Shown one piece after another: positions 1 through 13,200 of a stretch of DNA of 64,000 nucleotides. The position numbers and the translations under genes are program-made. Source of the stretch: Eledone cirrhosa (taxonomy: Eukaryota); contig OZ024745.1 in the NCBI GenBank assembly GCA_964016885.1, positions 120,714,001 to 120,778,000 on the forward strand, given 5' to 3'. Numbering within the stretch: position 1 is the stretch's first letter; every line of letters begins with the position of its first letter. The notes beneath the pieces are model-generated. The model did not search any database. It was not told where the DNA came from and was given only the letters and a program-made list of their open reading frames with translations.

Positions 1-308
1 CGAGCCAGTCGCCAGGGATGCGGAAACTGGATGTCACCACTTTTAAATGGTGCGCCCTCAAATTTAGAAAATAGGGCTTTAAAAACACCCTCCTGAAATA
101 CGTTCCTTGAATTAGAATGCCTACCTCGAATGTTCTGAAACCCCACCCCATCCACCGAGCACCAACGCCTAGTGACGGGTCTGCATCTCCTTAAAACGAT
201 TTGGCTCATTTTTGAGAGGGAGGGGGTGTTAAAAGGGGTTTATCAACGGGTTGTTTTTTAATATATACACACAAAAAGTAGTGGGTTAGCTTTTATAATA
301 GTGTAATA
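1..308 (-). mobile_element. Possible non-autonomous Helitron-like element, 5' end (continues beyond window start)
   Basis: Minus strand begins ACTATTATAAAAGCTAA followed by a short GT tract, resembling 5' termini of invertebrate non-autonomous Helitrons. No 3' end is visible. Confidence 0.3.
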
Positions 309-929
309 CTTTCAGGATTTGGTCTGAGTTCAAATCAAGTAGGGAGTTAACTTCGTCTTTTATTTTTCGTGGGTTAAAATACTAGTGCGATCCAGTTGGT
401 TTCCCCCGATAAAATTTGACCTTGTCCAAAAGAACATAGACATCAAAAATAGCTAATAGAATGTCTAATGCTAAGTTAATGGAAATTCTTTTCGTCTTAG
501 CAATTTTGGAGAACTAAAGAAATAAACCAAAATACAATAATGAGATATAAAAAATAAAGGAAGAACAAGAGTTGAGTCATCAATTTTTTATCAATTCTTT
601 CTACGATGTTAAGATATTGAGGTTAAGTTAATTAGTAAAATGTTCCGCATGAGGTGATGTTGATTACATACAACACGTAAGTTCGTTAGACTTGATTCAC
701 CTGATAGGTGCTACATGATACTATGTTGGCAAATAATAGCATTTGTCACTGAAGATGCCACAGGAAGGCGCTTTGTGGAAGAAGGAAACATCAAATTTCT
801 CATTTACCATACATAGACATAGATGGCAGCATAGAAAATTGAAATGTAAAAAAAGGTCCTTAACAATTTGAATATGAAATGCCCCCTCCCTCTTTTTTAA
901 CCGCCCCTCTCTCTCGCCTGATCATGAGA

Positions 930-1400
930 GTCTGAAACCGAATAACTAACTCGCGGTTCCATCTCGAACATCATTAGCAACACATGACCTGACAAGATAA
1001 ATAACAGACAAAAAAGATCGATAAAATCGTCGTCGCACGATGTTAAAATCGAACTAGCAAAACGTTGATGTGTATGTGTGTAAATGTCTGTATGAAAGGG
1101 ATTGTGTTGGCTGGTAGAGACAGCAAGAAATAAGCCACGCTGAAAGAAAGAGAAATAGTGAGGGGGAAAGAGAATGGTGAAAATGAGAGAGAGAGAGAGA
1201 AACAAGAAGGAAAATGAGAGAAAAAGAGGAAAACGGGAGAGGATAAAAGAAAAAGGTAGAAGAAGAGAGAGAGAAGAAAAGAATGTTTCGTGTCGGCGCC
1301 ATTTTGAATAGATGTGGCGGCTGATTAAAGACGGGAAGCTATGTTAAGAAGTACCGGTGAGAGATCCACCTGCCCATACCAATTAGTCATCGAAGAATAA
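930..1400. promoter_or_regulatory. Candidate CpG-enriched promoter / first-exon region
   Basis: Local CpG enrichment against a CpG-poor background. YY1 consensus CAAAATGGCGCCG on the minus strand at about 1294-1306. ETS-like CGGGAAG at about 1332. Long pyrimidine tract on the minus strand at 1140-1282. Confidence 0.4.
951..988 (-). other. Candidate 38-nt exon (possible start MMFEMEPR)
   Basis: Acceptor ttatttatcttgtcag and donor gttagt flank it; ATG ATG TTC GAG ATG GAA CCG CGA ends in phase 0. No homology recognised. Confidence 0.25.
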
Positions 1401-1874
1401 TATATAATAGAAATGCTAATGATGTCAAGCCGGTCAAGAGCAAAGAGACTGGACAAATGTAAAGTCTACAGATTTTAAATATGTACAAAAGAAAAAAAAA
1501 AGACTAATATATAAAATCTATTTTGATCATGAAATAAAATATAATACATTGTGTTAGTAAACAGCAGCGAGTTGCTTCTCTTGCATAGATATATAAGATT
1601 GCTGTAACGGTAAAAATCTATTTTCTTTGTAAAGTACTAATGTCAATTTAACCTAGCTAAACAGTCGATTTTTAGTGCTGCATTTCATTATATGACAATA
1701 TACACCCATTCAGATAATTATTATAAACATTATCATTATTATTACATTTATATATGATGATTTCAAACGAAGTTATTTCTAAATTAAATAAATATCTACC
1801 TTCTCTACTAATGTATCAAGTACCTTACTTAACTGTGATTCCATTCTATTTCTAATCGGAAAACCATTCTTAAT

Positions 1875-1881
1875 TGTGTGT

Positions 1882-1912
<31 letters not shown>

Positions 1913-2110
1913 ATTAAGAATATGTATATGTATATAAATGTACATATATGTATGTATATATATATGTGTGTGTACATATATATATATATATATAATATAT
2001 TTATATGTATATATATATGTGTGTGTACATATATATATATAATATATTTATATGTATATATATATGTGTGTGTACATATATATATATATAATATATTTAT
2101 ATATATATAA
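1875..2110. repeat. Compound (TA)n/(TG)n/(CA)n microsatellite
   Basis: Visible dinucleotide tracts with a larger repeated subunit. Confidence 0.9.
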
Positions 2111-2507
2111 ACACGAGAAAGAAATCTAATCTACGATTTTTTGGGGGATTATTTAAATGACATTGAAGTTGTATGACAAGAGATTAACTAATGTAGAGGT
2201 GATTGCTATATTTCGATAAGTACGTCTGCTAAGCGAATTTAGAATATAAACTAAATTAAGATCGCTTGAAACAAGCAATTCACAAGGTTCCCTGGCAAAA
2301 GTCGTCACATCACATTTTTAACATTCAACTATTGTCATCATATATATATTATATATATAGCAGGAATTTGTAGTTTACTTGAAGCATTCGAATTCTTTAC
2401 ATATATATATATATGCCGTCGGGGTCTAACATTTTCCTATTACCCACTATACTACCCTAAGTATTGAGTACTCTGGTACATCTGGTGCCTTACCACACCT
2501 CCTTCGT

Positions 2508-2538
<31 letters not shown>

Positions 2539-4004
2539 GTGTGTATGCATATACACACACATGTGGGTGAGTGCGTGTGTTGTAAAGCAATCTACCACCG
2601 ATAAAATATGCATTCTTTTTAAACATGATTTTATGCTAATTCATTTTTTGAGATCATTTACCCAAAATATATATAGTTAACTTTCCTTATTTAACTTGAT
2701 CTATCAATAATATAGAAAGAGCAGATCGTTAAAAAATGGTTTTATATGCGAAGAATGAAAAGCTAGGTGCATTGCTCACTCATTTCTTATGCATGACTCG
2801 TTGTGTAAGTCTGCACATGAAAGCCTTGATCATATATTTCTGTTTAATTGTAACAAAATGCCAGCAAGAAAATTCTCTTACCCATTTCGAAAATCCTTGG
2901 TTGGGACCGATGAGGGCACCGACCACGAAATTAAATCCAGGAAGTTAGACCACTTTGTTACATTTCCTTGGAGTCGATAGAAGCGTGGAGCAGCACAACA
3001 GCGAAGACAAGGAGATAGCTCAACAACCCGTCTCTCCCCCTTCCTGGGCGATACCATTCAATTAGATTACGCCAATATTTACTCTCTCTTTCTCTCTATT
3101 ACTATTTCTCTTTCTCCCTGTGTAACTATCTCTGTCTATTTCTCTTTCTTTCTCTCCACATATATTAATATTATCTTCTCTTTAACGAAACATCGTGAAA
3201 CAGAAGTACTTTATTATGCAACAGAAATGTCATATCCTCTAAGAAATGTGTATATTGAATGACTTCAACTAAATATATTTATAAACGTCATATATATTGT
3301 TTATTATTATAAAAAACTACAACTTTTCTTTATGTTTACATTATATATCTTTATACCTATTGAAATTTCATATCACAGTATGCTCACCTTTTTCAATATT
3401 TTATTTCAATATTAACTATATCAGATTTGTACTCATTTTCTAGCGCTATTATGTTGCACATACATATACACACATATATATAGTGCATGTAATAGTTGTA
3501 TTTTAACACGAATATTTGAATACACACACACACACACACACGCACATGTATGTACGTGTGTTCCTTTCACGTTATTCTAATTTTAAAATATTTGTTTCCG
3601 TTTAGTTATAATTACATCGTTTAATATTCTTTTCTAGATGTTAATACAAAAGTTTGACAAGTTTAATACGTTGAGGGGTTCCACCCCTACTCCTTCAGAA
3701 TACTTTAACGTGTTAATTATATTTGTACAGTACATGCCACTAGTTTGTTGCATGCTTACTAACTAGCCGTTTCCTATGGATTTTTCATAACTTTCTTTGA
3801 AATCGTAACACTTTTGTTACATTATATATATTTACAGTTATTTATTTTCGTACTGCTGTGGTTGATATGGATATATGACTGACCCTTAGCATGCAGCCTG
3901 ATATGTTTGCCTATGTTCTGTAGCTATTCTCCATACTGCTAGAAATGATAAGCAGACGAAACAAAGGTGACACAGACCTAGAGTTTCCTGCTCAAACATG
4001 ACCG

Positions 4005-4010
4005 CGCACG

Positions 4011-4081
<71 letters not shown>
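4005..4081. repeat. (CA)n(TA)n(TG)n microsatellite
   Basis: Direct observation; the arrangement is self-complementary. Confidence 0.95.
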
Positions 4082-4261
4082 CGAGGCTGAAACTTCACAA
4101 ATCGTTACACCGAGTTTCTCGTTTCCGATCTTCAAAAAATCCTTGGAGAAAAATTTGTGAAGTGTTTAGCTTCCAATGAATTGTTTAACTCTGTTTTCAG
4201 CGATAGAAACTCTCTTTTTTCCCTATTGTTCACATTGTTTACGCACTCAACACCATTATGC

Positions 4262-4342
4262 TCATCCTTACGGGGTCGATAAAATAAAGTACCGGTAATG
4301 CACTGGGTAATTGTTGGCCTTGTGCCTAAAGTAGAAACAATT
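4262..4342 (+). mobile_element. SINE 3' fragment (family 1, Meta-domain-like)
   Basis: TCATCCTTACGGGGTCGATAAAATAAAGTACC...GGCCTTGTGCCTAAAGTAGAAACAATT, near-identical to 49018-49100. Confidence 0.85.
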
Positions 4343-4399
4343 TTGATGTATTCATATGTTGAATGCCTGAATTGATAATCAAAATCTTGACCTCCGATA

Positions 4400-4470
4400 T
4401 CTATATATCAAAAATAGAAATACCCAGTGCGATCGTTAACTATAAGACTGCAACAGTTTTCCTTACCGTC
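4400..4470 (+). mobile_element. Helitron-like 5' terminus
   Basis: A|TCTATATATCAAAAATAGAAAT closely matches the 5' end of the Helitron at 56899 (TCTATATATCTAAAAACAGAAAT). The 3' end was not identified. Confidence 0.4.
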
Positions 4471-5473
4471 ATAATCCCCGCCCTTCCTTTCTGACGCTAA
4501 TCTATATAGCCATTTTATTCCAATTTGACACTTGTGTCTATTCTATGAATATTTTTTATTCGATTCATATCGTTGCAGTTGCTGAGAATGAGTATAATAT
4601 TTGATTTTTTTTTAGTAAGATCAGTAGAGCTAGTAACCAGTTAGTGTAAAGATCCTTTATTCCCAATGGATTCGTAGCAGTACCGTCCTGACGACACATG
4701 GCGTGCCTTGGGTATCTTAAACCTTGTGAGATATGGGGAAGCATTTCTCTTCGAATCGGAACACAACCGATTTCGGTTTTATAGAAAAACACCCCCCACC
4801 GATTTCAGTGGGAAATGATTTTTTTTTTTTCCTTGGTTTATTCGTGTGCTATCAATGAAATTTACATCCTAATATGCTGCAAAGAACTTTGTTCCCCGGA
4901 AAATGGAAGAGAAGACCCTCGGACTTTTCACCCCCATTCCCCACCCGAGTTTTCTTTACCCTTTCTTTTTACAGCGGTTTTTTTTATTTTTTTATGTGGT
5001 ACCAACTAATCTTACCTCCGAACATGCTATAAAGGAATTTACACCCCCCCCCACCACCACCACCACCACCACCAATGTGGACGTGAGGTGAGCGTTAGCG
5101 GGTAAAGAAAACTCCAGGAGTTGGGGCAGGTCCGAGAGTCCCTCCTATTCCACCGTTTTCCCGGGAAAATGTCCTTTGTGGCATGTAATGGGAGCATGGT
5201 TTCTATGGTAGGTTACTTTTCTTAAAATCAACCACATTACAGCGTATACTGGGAACATTTGATCGTGCGTTTAACACTTCGATCTTACAGGGTGGATTCG
5301 GTGTTTTCATCATGACACTAGCACAGTGCTGACTGTGTTTTTCATCATGAAAAGTCATATACACAGAAAAACAACATTGATCAAGGCTATCTTAGGGTTA
5401 AACAATAACAATCATCTCCCAGATTCCTTTTCCCCAACCTTAAAATTTGCAGGATTAACTCGTAACATTTTGT

Positions 5474-5726
5474 AATGATTTAACAGAAAATATCTAAAAA
5501 CAGGTTTGTTAATTCAAATGTTTATAGTATCTTTACCAGTGGACAGATGATTGTGAAAATGCGCAGTAAACTAAGGTAAAGACTAGCTTTTAATATAATG
5601 TAAGCTTTTAATTAATTCTTAGCATCCTATAATGATTTAATAGAAAATATATAAAAATGGGTTTGTTAATTCAAATGTGTATAGTATCTTTACTAGTGGA
5701 CAGATTATTGTAAAAGATTGCAGTAT
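5474..5726. repeat. Diverged direct duplication, offset about 156 bp
   Basis: TAATGATTTAA.AGAAAATAT...GGTTTGTTAATTCAAATG...AGTGGACAGAT occurs at 5474 and 5630. Confidence 0.8.
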
Positions 5727-6039
5727 TAGAGAAAACACTCCAATTTTTAATGATACAGCCATAGTGCTGTTTGTTTTTTTTGTTTTTTTGTTGTTGTTTT
5801 TTTTTGTTTTTTTTCCAGAATGTCATGCTGATGCAGTTTCATGTGGTACAGAACATTAAGAATTAACCATGACACAATAAATTTTACTACTACTTATATC
5901 AACATTTCCTGCTAGATTTTACATGTTTTCTATGGATGAAACTCCAGGCTGTATTTGTCCTCGGAGAATTAAAAATTTGTAAACTTAGACAATAAAATAC
6001 AACACAAATGCTGCTTGCTTCAAGAAAGAAGAACTGCAT

Positions 6040-6400
6040 TATATAACACTTCTTTTGAACAATTAGGCAACATGGGTGACATGATCTGTGCTGGTGGAGG
6101 CTGTGAATGTGCTGTTGCTTCTCGCTGCTGTGTTGCATGGGACAAATTCAGAAAGCTGTTACCCATCCTCACTTCAAGGTTCGTGGCAAAGTGTTTTCTG
6201 CTTGTGTTCATTCCACCATGCTTCATGGCAGTGAGACATGGACTCTGAATGCCTCAGATCTGCAACGGCTCAGGTGAAATGATCGTGCCATGATTAGGTG
6301 GATCTGTGACGCCAAATTGAAAGATGAGACCCCTTCGACCGTGCTCCACCAGAAGCTAGGTGTGTATGAGATCACTGCTGTCCTTCGCACACAACAACAT
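6040..6400 (+). mobile_element. RTE-clade LINE fragment (RT thumb region)
   Basis: GDMICAGGGCECAVASRCCVAWDKFRKLLPILTSR, followed in another frame by LHGSETW. Frameshifted. Confidence 0.8.
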
Positions 6401-6552
6401 GTACACAACATCCACATCCTACACAGGTATAGTATAGTCCCGTAACTCCTAATAGAGTCGTAGGGGTGCCATATTGACATACATATTTTAAGCCTGGCAG
6501 AGCCTATCCATTTCCAGGCCTGAGTACAGCAGATTCCTTCCAGAGAGAGGAA

Positions 6553-6713
6553 GAATCGACCCCAGTACTAGACTGGTACTTTTTTTATCGACCTCGAAAG
6601 GATAAAAGGCAAAGTTGACCTCAGCGGGATTTGAACTCAGAGAGTAGAGAACTGGAACAAATACTATACAGCATTCTATCCAACGTTCTAACGACTCTGC
6701 CAATTCGCTGCCT
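6553..6713 (-). mobile_element. tRNA-derived SINE, family 1
   Basis: Minus strand has an A-box TGGCAGAGTCGTTAG, a B-box GAGTTCAAATCC and GCCTTTTATCCTTTCGAGGTCGATAAAA. Confidence 0.85.
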
Positions 6714-6959
6714 ACACAGAAGACACACTAAAGAAATCAAAACAATCCACAAACATATTAGAGCACCGACAGCCACATTTGGCTTACACAAAGAAACAAT
6801 AACAATGTGGTGTACAAACAATATAGTATTTCCATCATGGCTTATGCAAACTATACCTGGGTCCACAGTCTCTCCACAATAAACCATATAAGCCAATGAG
6901 GGAAACTTTACATGATCTCTTGACATTAAAAATAGCAGCCATTTTCTCAAATAATAAAC

Positions 6960-7224
6960 TGCCATCTTAAAAAAAGAAGGGAAGGAAACATTACACAATG
7001 CAATCATAGATATAAAAGAAGACAGGAAGGTCACAACTGGAAAACCTTTGATCATGAATGTGCTCAATCAGGACTGACTATGGGCTAAACTACAAGAATA
7101 ACCTACAAAAAAAAAATAACTTCATTACAGACAACTCCTATACTTCACCTACACAAACCAAAAATACAAAAAATCAAAGATCACCTGAACATGTTAGGGG
7201 CATAGTTTGTTGCCATATCACACT
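6960..7224 (+). pseudogene. Highly decayed Penelope-like RT N-terminal region, apparently continuing at 25310-25470 after the satellite
   Basis: Translation NITQ..AIIDIKEDRKVT...VLNQD*LWAKLQE loosely resembles the PLE motif NLT..E..AL..L..D..I.I..ADKG..VV....DY..K. The right flank gives HPRT...INNLI. Similarity is weak. Confidence 0.3.
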
Positions 7225-10200
7225 GCAACCTTCACAGTCACTTCCATTACAGTTGCCACAACACAAAGCAACCTTCACAGTCACTTCCATTACAGTTGCC
7301 ACAACACAAAGCAACCTTCACAGTCACTTCCATTACAGTTGCCACAACACAAAGCAACCTTCACAGTCACTTCCATTACAGTTGCCACAACACAAAGCAA
7401 CCTTCACAGTCACTTCCATTACAGTTGCCACAACACAAAGCAACCTTCACAGTCACTTCCATTACAGTTGCCACAACACAAAGCAACCTTCACAGTCACT
7501 TCCATTACAGTTGCCACAACACAAAGCAACCTTCACAGTCACTTCCATTACAGTTGCCACAACACAAAGCAACCTTCACAGTCACTTCCATTACAGTTGC
7601 CACAGTACAAAGCAACCTTCACAGTCACTACCATTACAGTTGCCACAGTACAAAGCAACCTTCGCAGTCACTTCCATTACAGTTGCCACAACACAAAGCA
7701 ACCTTCACAGTCACTTCCATTACAGTTGCCACAGTACAAAGCAACCTTCACAGTCACTACCATTACAGTTGCCACAGTACAAAGCAACCTTCACAGTCAC
7801 TTCCATTACAGTTGCCACAACACAAAGCAACCTTCACAGTCACTTCCATTACAGTTGCCACAGTACAAAGCAACCTTCACAGTCACTACCATTACAGTTG
7901 CCACAGTACAAAGCAACCTTCACAGTCACTTCCATTACAGTTGCCACAACACAAAGCAACCTTCACAGTCACTACCATTACAGTTTCCACAACACAAAGC
8001 AACCTTCACAGTCACTTCCATTACAGTTGCCACAGTACAAAGCAACCTTCACAGTCACTTCCATTACAGTTGCCACACTACAAGGCAACCTTCACAGTCA
8101 CTTCCATTACAGTTTCCACAGTACAAAGCAACCTTCACAGTCACTTCTATTACAGTTACCATAGTACAAAGCAACCTTCACAGTCACTTCCATTACAGTT
8201 GCCACAGTACAAAGCACCCTTCAAAGTCACTTCCATTACAGTTTCCACAGTACAAAGCAACCTTCACAGTCACTACCATTACAGTTTCCACAGTACAAAG
8301 CAACCTTCACAGTCACTTCCATTACAGTTTCCACAGTACAAAGCAACCTTCACAGTCACTTCCATTACAGTTTCCACAGTACAAAGCAACCTTCACAGTC
8401 ACTTCCATTATAGTTACCACAGTACAAAGCAACCTTCACAGTCACTTCCATTATAGTTACCACAGTACAAAGCAACCTTCACAGTCACTTCCATTACAGT
8501 TGCCACAGTACAAGGCAACCCCCACAGTCACTTCCATTACAGTTGCCACATTACATGGCAACCTTCACAGTCACTTCCATTACAGTTGCTACAGTACAAG
8601 GCAACCTTCACAGTCACTTCCATTACAGTTGCCACAGTACAAAGCAACCTTCACAGTCACTTCCATTACAGTTGCCACAGTACAAGGCAACCTTCATAGT
8701 CACTTCCATTACAGTTGCTACAGTACAAGGCAACCTTCACAGTCACTTCCATTACAGTTGCCACAGTACAAAGCAACCTTCACAGTCACTTCCATTACAG
8801 TTGGCACAGTACAAGGCAACCTTCATAGTCACTTCCATTACAGTTGCCATAGTACAAAGCAACCTTCACAGTCACTTCCATTACAGTTACCATAGTACAA
8901 AGCAACCTTCACAGTCACTTCCATTACAGTTACCATAGTACAAGGCAACCTTCACAGTCACTTCCATTACAGTTGCCACATTACATGGCAACCTTCATAG
9001 TCACTTCCATTACAGTTGCTACAGTACAAGGCAACCTTCACAGTCACTTCCATTACAGTTGCCACAGTACAAGGCAACCTTCATAGTCACTTCCATTACA
9101 GTTGCTACAGTACAAGGCAACCTTCACAGTCACTTCCATTACAGTTGCCACAGTACAAGGCAACCTTCATAGTCACTTCCATTACAGTTGCTACAGTACA
9201 AGGCAACCTTCACAGTCACTTCCATTACAGTTGCCACAGTACAAGGCAACCTTCACAGTCACTTCCATTACAGTTGCCATAGTACAAAGCAACCTTCACA
9301 GTCACTTCCATTACAGTTACCACAGTACAAGGCAACCTTCACAGTCACTTCCATTACAGTTGCTACAGTACAAAGCAACCTTCACAGTCACTTCCATTAC
9401 AGTTGCCACAGTACAAGGCAACCTTCACAGTCACTTCCATTACAGTTGCCACAGTACAAGGCAACCTTCACAGTCACTTCCATTACAGTTGCCATAGTAC
9501 AAAGCAACCTTCACAGTCACTTCCATTACAGTTGCCACAGTACAAGGCAACCTTCATAGTCACTTCCATTACAGTTGCTACAGTACAAGGCAACCTTCAC
9601 AGTCACTTCCATTACAGTTGCCACAGTACAAGGCAACCTTCACAGTCACTTCCATTACAGTTGCCATAGTACAAAGCAACCTTCACAGTCACTTCCATTA
9701 CAGTTGCCACAGTACAAGGCAACCTTCATAGTCACTTCCATTACAGTTGCTACAGTACAAGGCAACCTTCACAGTCACTTCCATTACAGTTGCCACAGTA
9801 CAAGGCAACCTTCATAGTCACTTCCATTACAGTTGCCACAGTACAAAGCAACCTTCACAGTCACTTCCATTACAGTTGCCACAGTACAAGGCAACCTTCA
9901 CAGTCACTTCCATTACAGTTGCCACAGTACAAGGCAACCTTCACAGTCACTTCCATTACAGTTGCCATAGTACAAAGCAACCTTCACAGTCACTTCCATT
10001 ACAGTTACCACAGTACAAGGCAACCTTCACAGTCACTTCCATTACAGTTGCCACAGTACAAGGCAACCTTCATAGTCACTTCCATTACAGTTGCCATAGT
10101 ACAAAGCAACCTTCACAGTCACTTCCATTACAGTTACCACAGTACAAGGCAACCTTCATAGTCACTTCCATTACAGTTGCTACAGTACAAAGCAACCTTC

Positions 10201-13200
10201 ACAGTCACTTCCATTACAGTTGCCATAGTACAAGGCAACCTTCACAGTCACTTCCATTACAGTTGCCATAGTACAAGGCAACCTTCACAGTCACTTCCAT
10301 TACAGTTGCCACAGTACAAAGCAACCTTCACAGTCACTTCCATTACAGTTGCCATAGTACAAAGCAACCTTCACAGTCACTTCCATTACAGTTGCCATAG
10401 TACAAGGCAACCTTCACAGTCACTTCCATTACAGTTGCCACAGTACAAAGCAACCTTCACAGTCACTTCCATTACAGTTGCCACAGTACAAAGCAACCTT
10501 CACAGTCACTTCCATTACAGTTGCCACAGTACAAAGCAACCTTCACACTCACTTCCATTACAGTTACCACAGTACAAAGCAACCTTCACAGTCACTTCCA
10601 TTACAGTTACCATAGTACAAGGCAACCTTCACAGTCACTTCCATTACAGTTGCCACAGTACAAAGCAACCTTCACAGTCACTTCCATTACAGTTGCCACA
10701 GTACAAGGCAACCTTCACAGTCACTTCCATTACAGTTGCCACAGTACAAAGCAACCTTCACAGTCACTTCCATTACAGTTGCCACAGTACAAAGCAACCT
10801 TCACAGTCACTTCCATTACAGTTACCACAGTACAAGGCAACCTTCATAGTCACTTCCATTACAGTTGCTACAGTACAAAGCAACCTTCACAGTCACTTCC
10901 ATTACAGTTGCCATAGTACAAGGCAACCTTCACAGTCACTTCCATTACAGTTGCCATAGTACAAGGCAACCTTCACAGTCACTTCCATTACAGTTGCCAC
11001 AGTACAAAGCAACCTTCACAGTCACTTCCATTACAGTTGCCATAGTACAAAGCAACCTTCACAGTCACTTCCATTACAGTTGCCATAGTACAAGGCAACC
11101 TTCACAGTCACTTCCATTACAGTTGCCACAGTACAAAGCAACCTTCACAGTCACTTCCATTACAGTTGCCACAGTACAAAGCAACCTTCACAGTCACTTC
11201 CATTACAGTTGCCACAGTACAAAGCAACCTTCACACTCACTTCCATTACAGTTACCACAGTACAAAGCAACCTTCACAGTCACTTCCATTACAGTTACCA
11301 TAGTACAAGGCAACCTTCACAGTCACTTCCATTACAGTTGCCACAGTACAAAGCAACCTTCACAGTCACTTCCATTACAGTTGCCACAGTACAAGGCAAC
11401 CTTCACAGTCACTTCCATTACAGTTGCCACAGTACAAAGCAACCTTCACAGTCACTTCCATTACAGTTGCCACAGTACAAAGCAACCTTCACAGTCACTT
11501 CCATTACAGTTACCATAGTACAAAGCAACCTTCACAGTCACTTCCATTACAGTTACCATAGTACAAGGCAACCTTCACAGTCACTTCCATTACAGTTACC
11601 ATAGTACAAGGCAACCTTCACAGTCACTTCCATTACAGTTGCCACAGTACAAAGCAACCTTCACAGTCACTTCCATTACAGTTGCCACAGTACAAAGCAA
11701 CCTTCACAGTCACTTCCATTACAGTTGCCACAGTACAAAGCAACCTTCACAGTCACTTCCATTACAGTTACCATAGTACAAGGCAACCTTCACAGTCACT
11801 TCCATTACAGTTGTCACAGTACAAAGCAACCTTCACAGTCACTTCCATTATAGTTACCACAGTACAAAGCAACCTTCACAGTCACTTCCATTACAGTTAC
11901 CACAGTACAAAGCAACCTTCACAGTCACTTCCATTACAGTTACCACAGTACAAGGCAACCTTCACAGTCACTTCCATTACAGTTGCCACAGTACAAAGCA
12001 ACCTTCACAGTCACTTCCATTATAGTTACCACAGTACAAAGCAACCTTCACAGTCACTTCCATTACAGTTACCACAGTACAAAGCAACCTTCACAGTCAC
12101 TTCCATTACAGTTGCCACAGTACAAAGCAACCTTCACAGTCACTTCCATTACAGTTGCCACAGTACAAAGCAACCTTCACAGTCACTTCCATTACAGTTT
12201 CCACAGTACAAAGCAACCTTCACAGTCACTACCATTACAGTTGCCACAGTACAAGGCAACCTTCACAGTCACTACCATTACAGTTGCCACAGTACAAAGC
12301 AACCTTCACAGTCACTACCATTACAGTTGCCACAACACAAAGCAAACTTCACAGTCACTTCCATTACAGTTGCCACAACACAAAGCAACCTCCACAGTCA
12401 CTTCCATTACAGTTGCCACAGTACAAAGCAACCTTCACAGTCACTTCCATTACAGTTACCATAGTACAAAGCAACCTTCACAGTCACTACCATTACAGTT
12501 GCCACAACACAAAGCAACCTTCACAGTCACTACCATTACAGTTTCCACAGTACAAAGCAACCTTCACAGTCACTTCCATTACAGTTGCCACAGTACAAAG
12601 CAACCTTCACAGTCACTTCCATTACAGTTACCATAGTACAAAGCAACCTTCACAGTCACTACCATTACAGTTGCCACAACACAAAGCAACCTTCACAGTC
12701 ACTACCATTACAGTTGCCACAGTACAAAGCAACCTTCACAGTCACTTCCATTACAGTTGCCACAGTACAAAGCAACCTTCACAGTCACTTCCATTACAGT
12801 TGCCACAGTACAAAGCAACCTTCACAGTCACTTCCATTACAGTTGCCACAGTACAAAGCAACCTTCACAGCCACTTCCATTACAGTTACCATAGTACAAA
12901 GCAACCTTCACAGTCACTTCCATTACAGTTACCATAGTACAAGGCAACCTTCACAGTCACTTCCATTACAGTTTCCACAGTACAAAGCAACCTTCACAGT
13001 CACTTCCATTACAGTTTCCACAGTACAAGGCAACCTTCACAGTCACTTCCATTACAGTTACCACAGTACAAGGCAACCTTCACAGTCACTTCCATTACAG
13101 TTACCACAGTACAAGGCAACCTTCACAGTCACTTCCATTACAGTTTCCACAGTACAAAGCAACCTTCACAGTCACTTCCATTACAGTTTCCACAGTACAA

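Noticed and set aside
2894-2945. Hammerhead-like string CCGATGAGGG...CCACGAAATT
   Set aside because: The core has C in place of the conserved U, and stems I and II do not pair properly.
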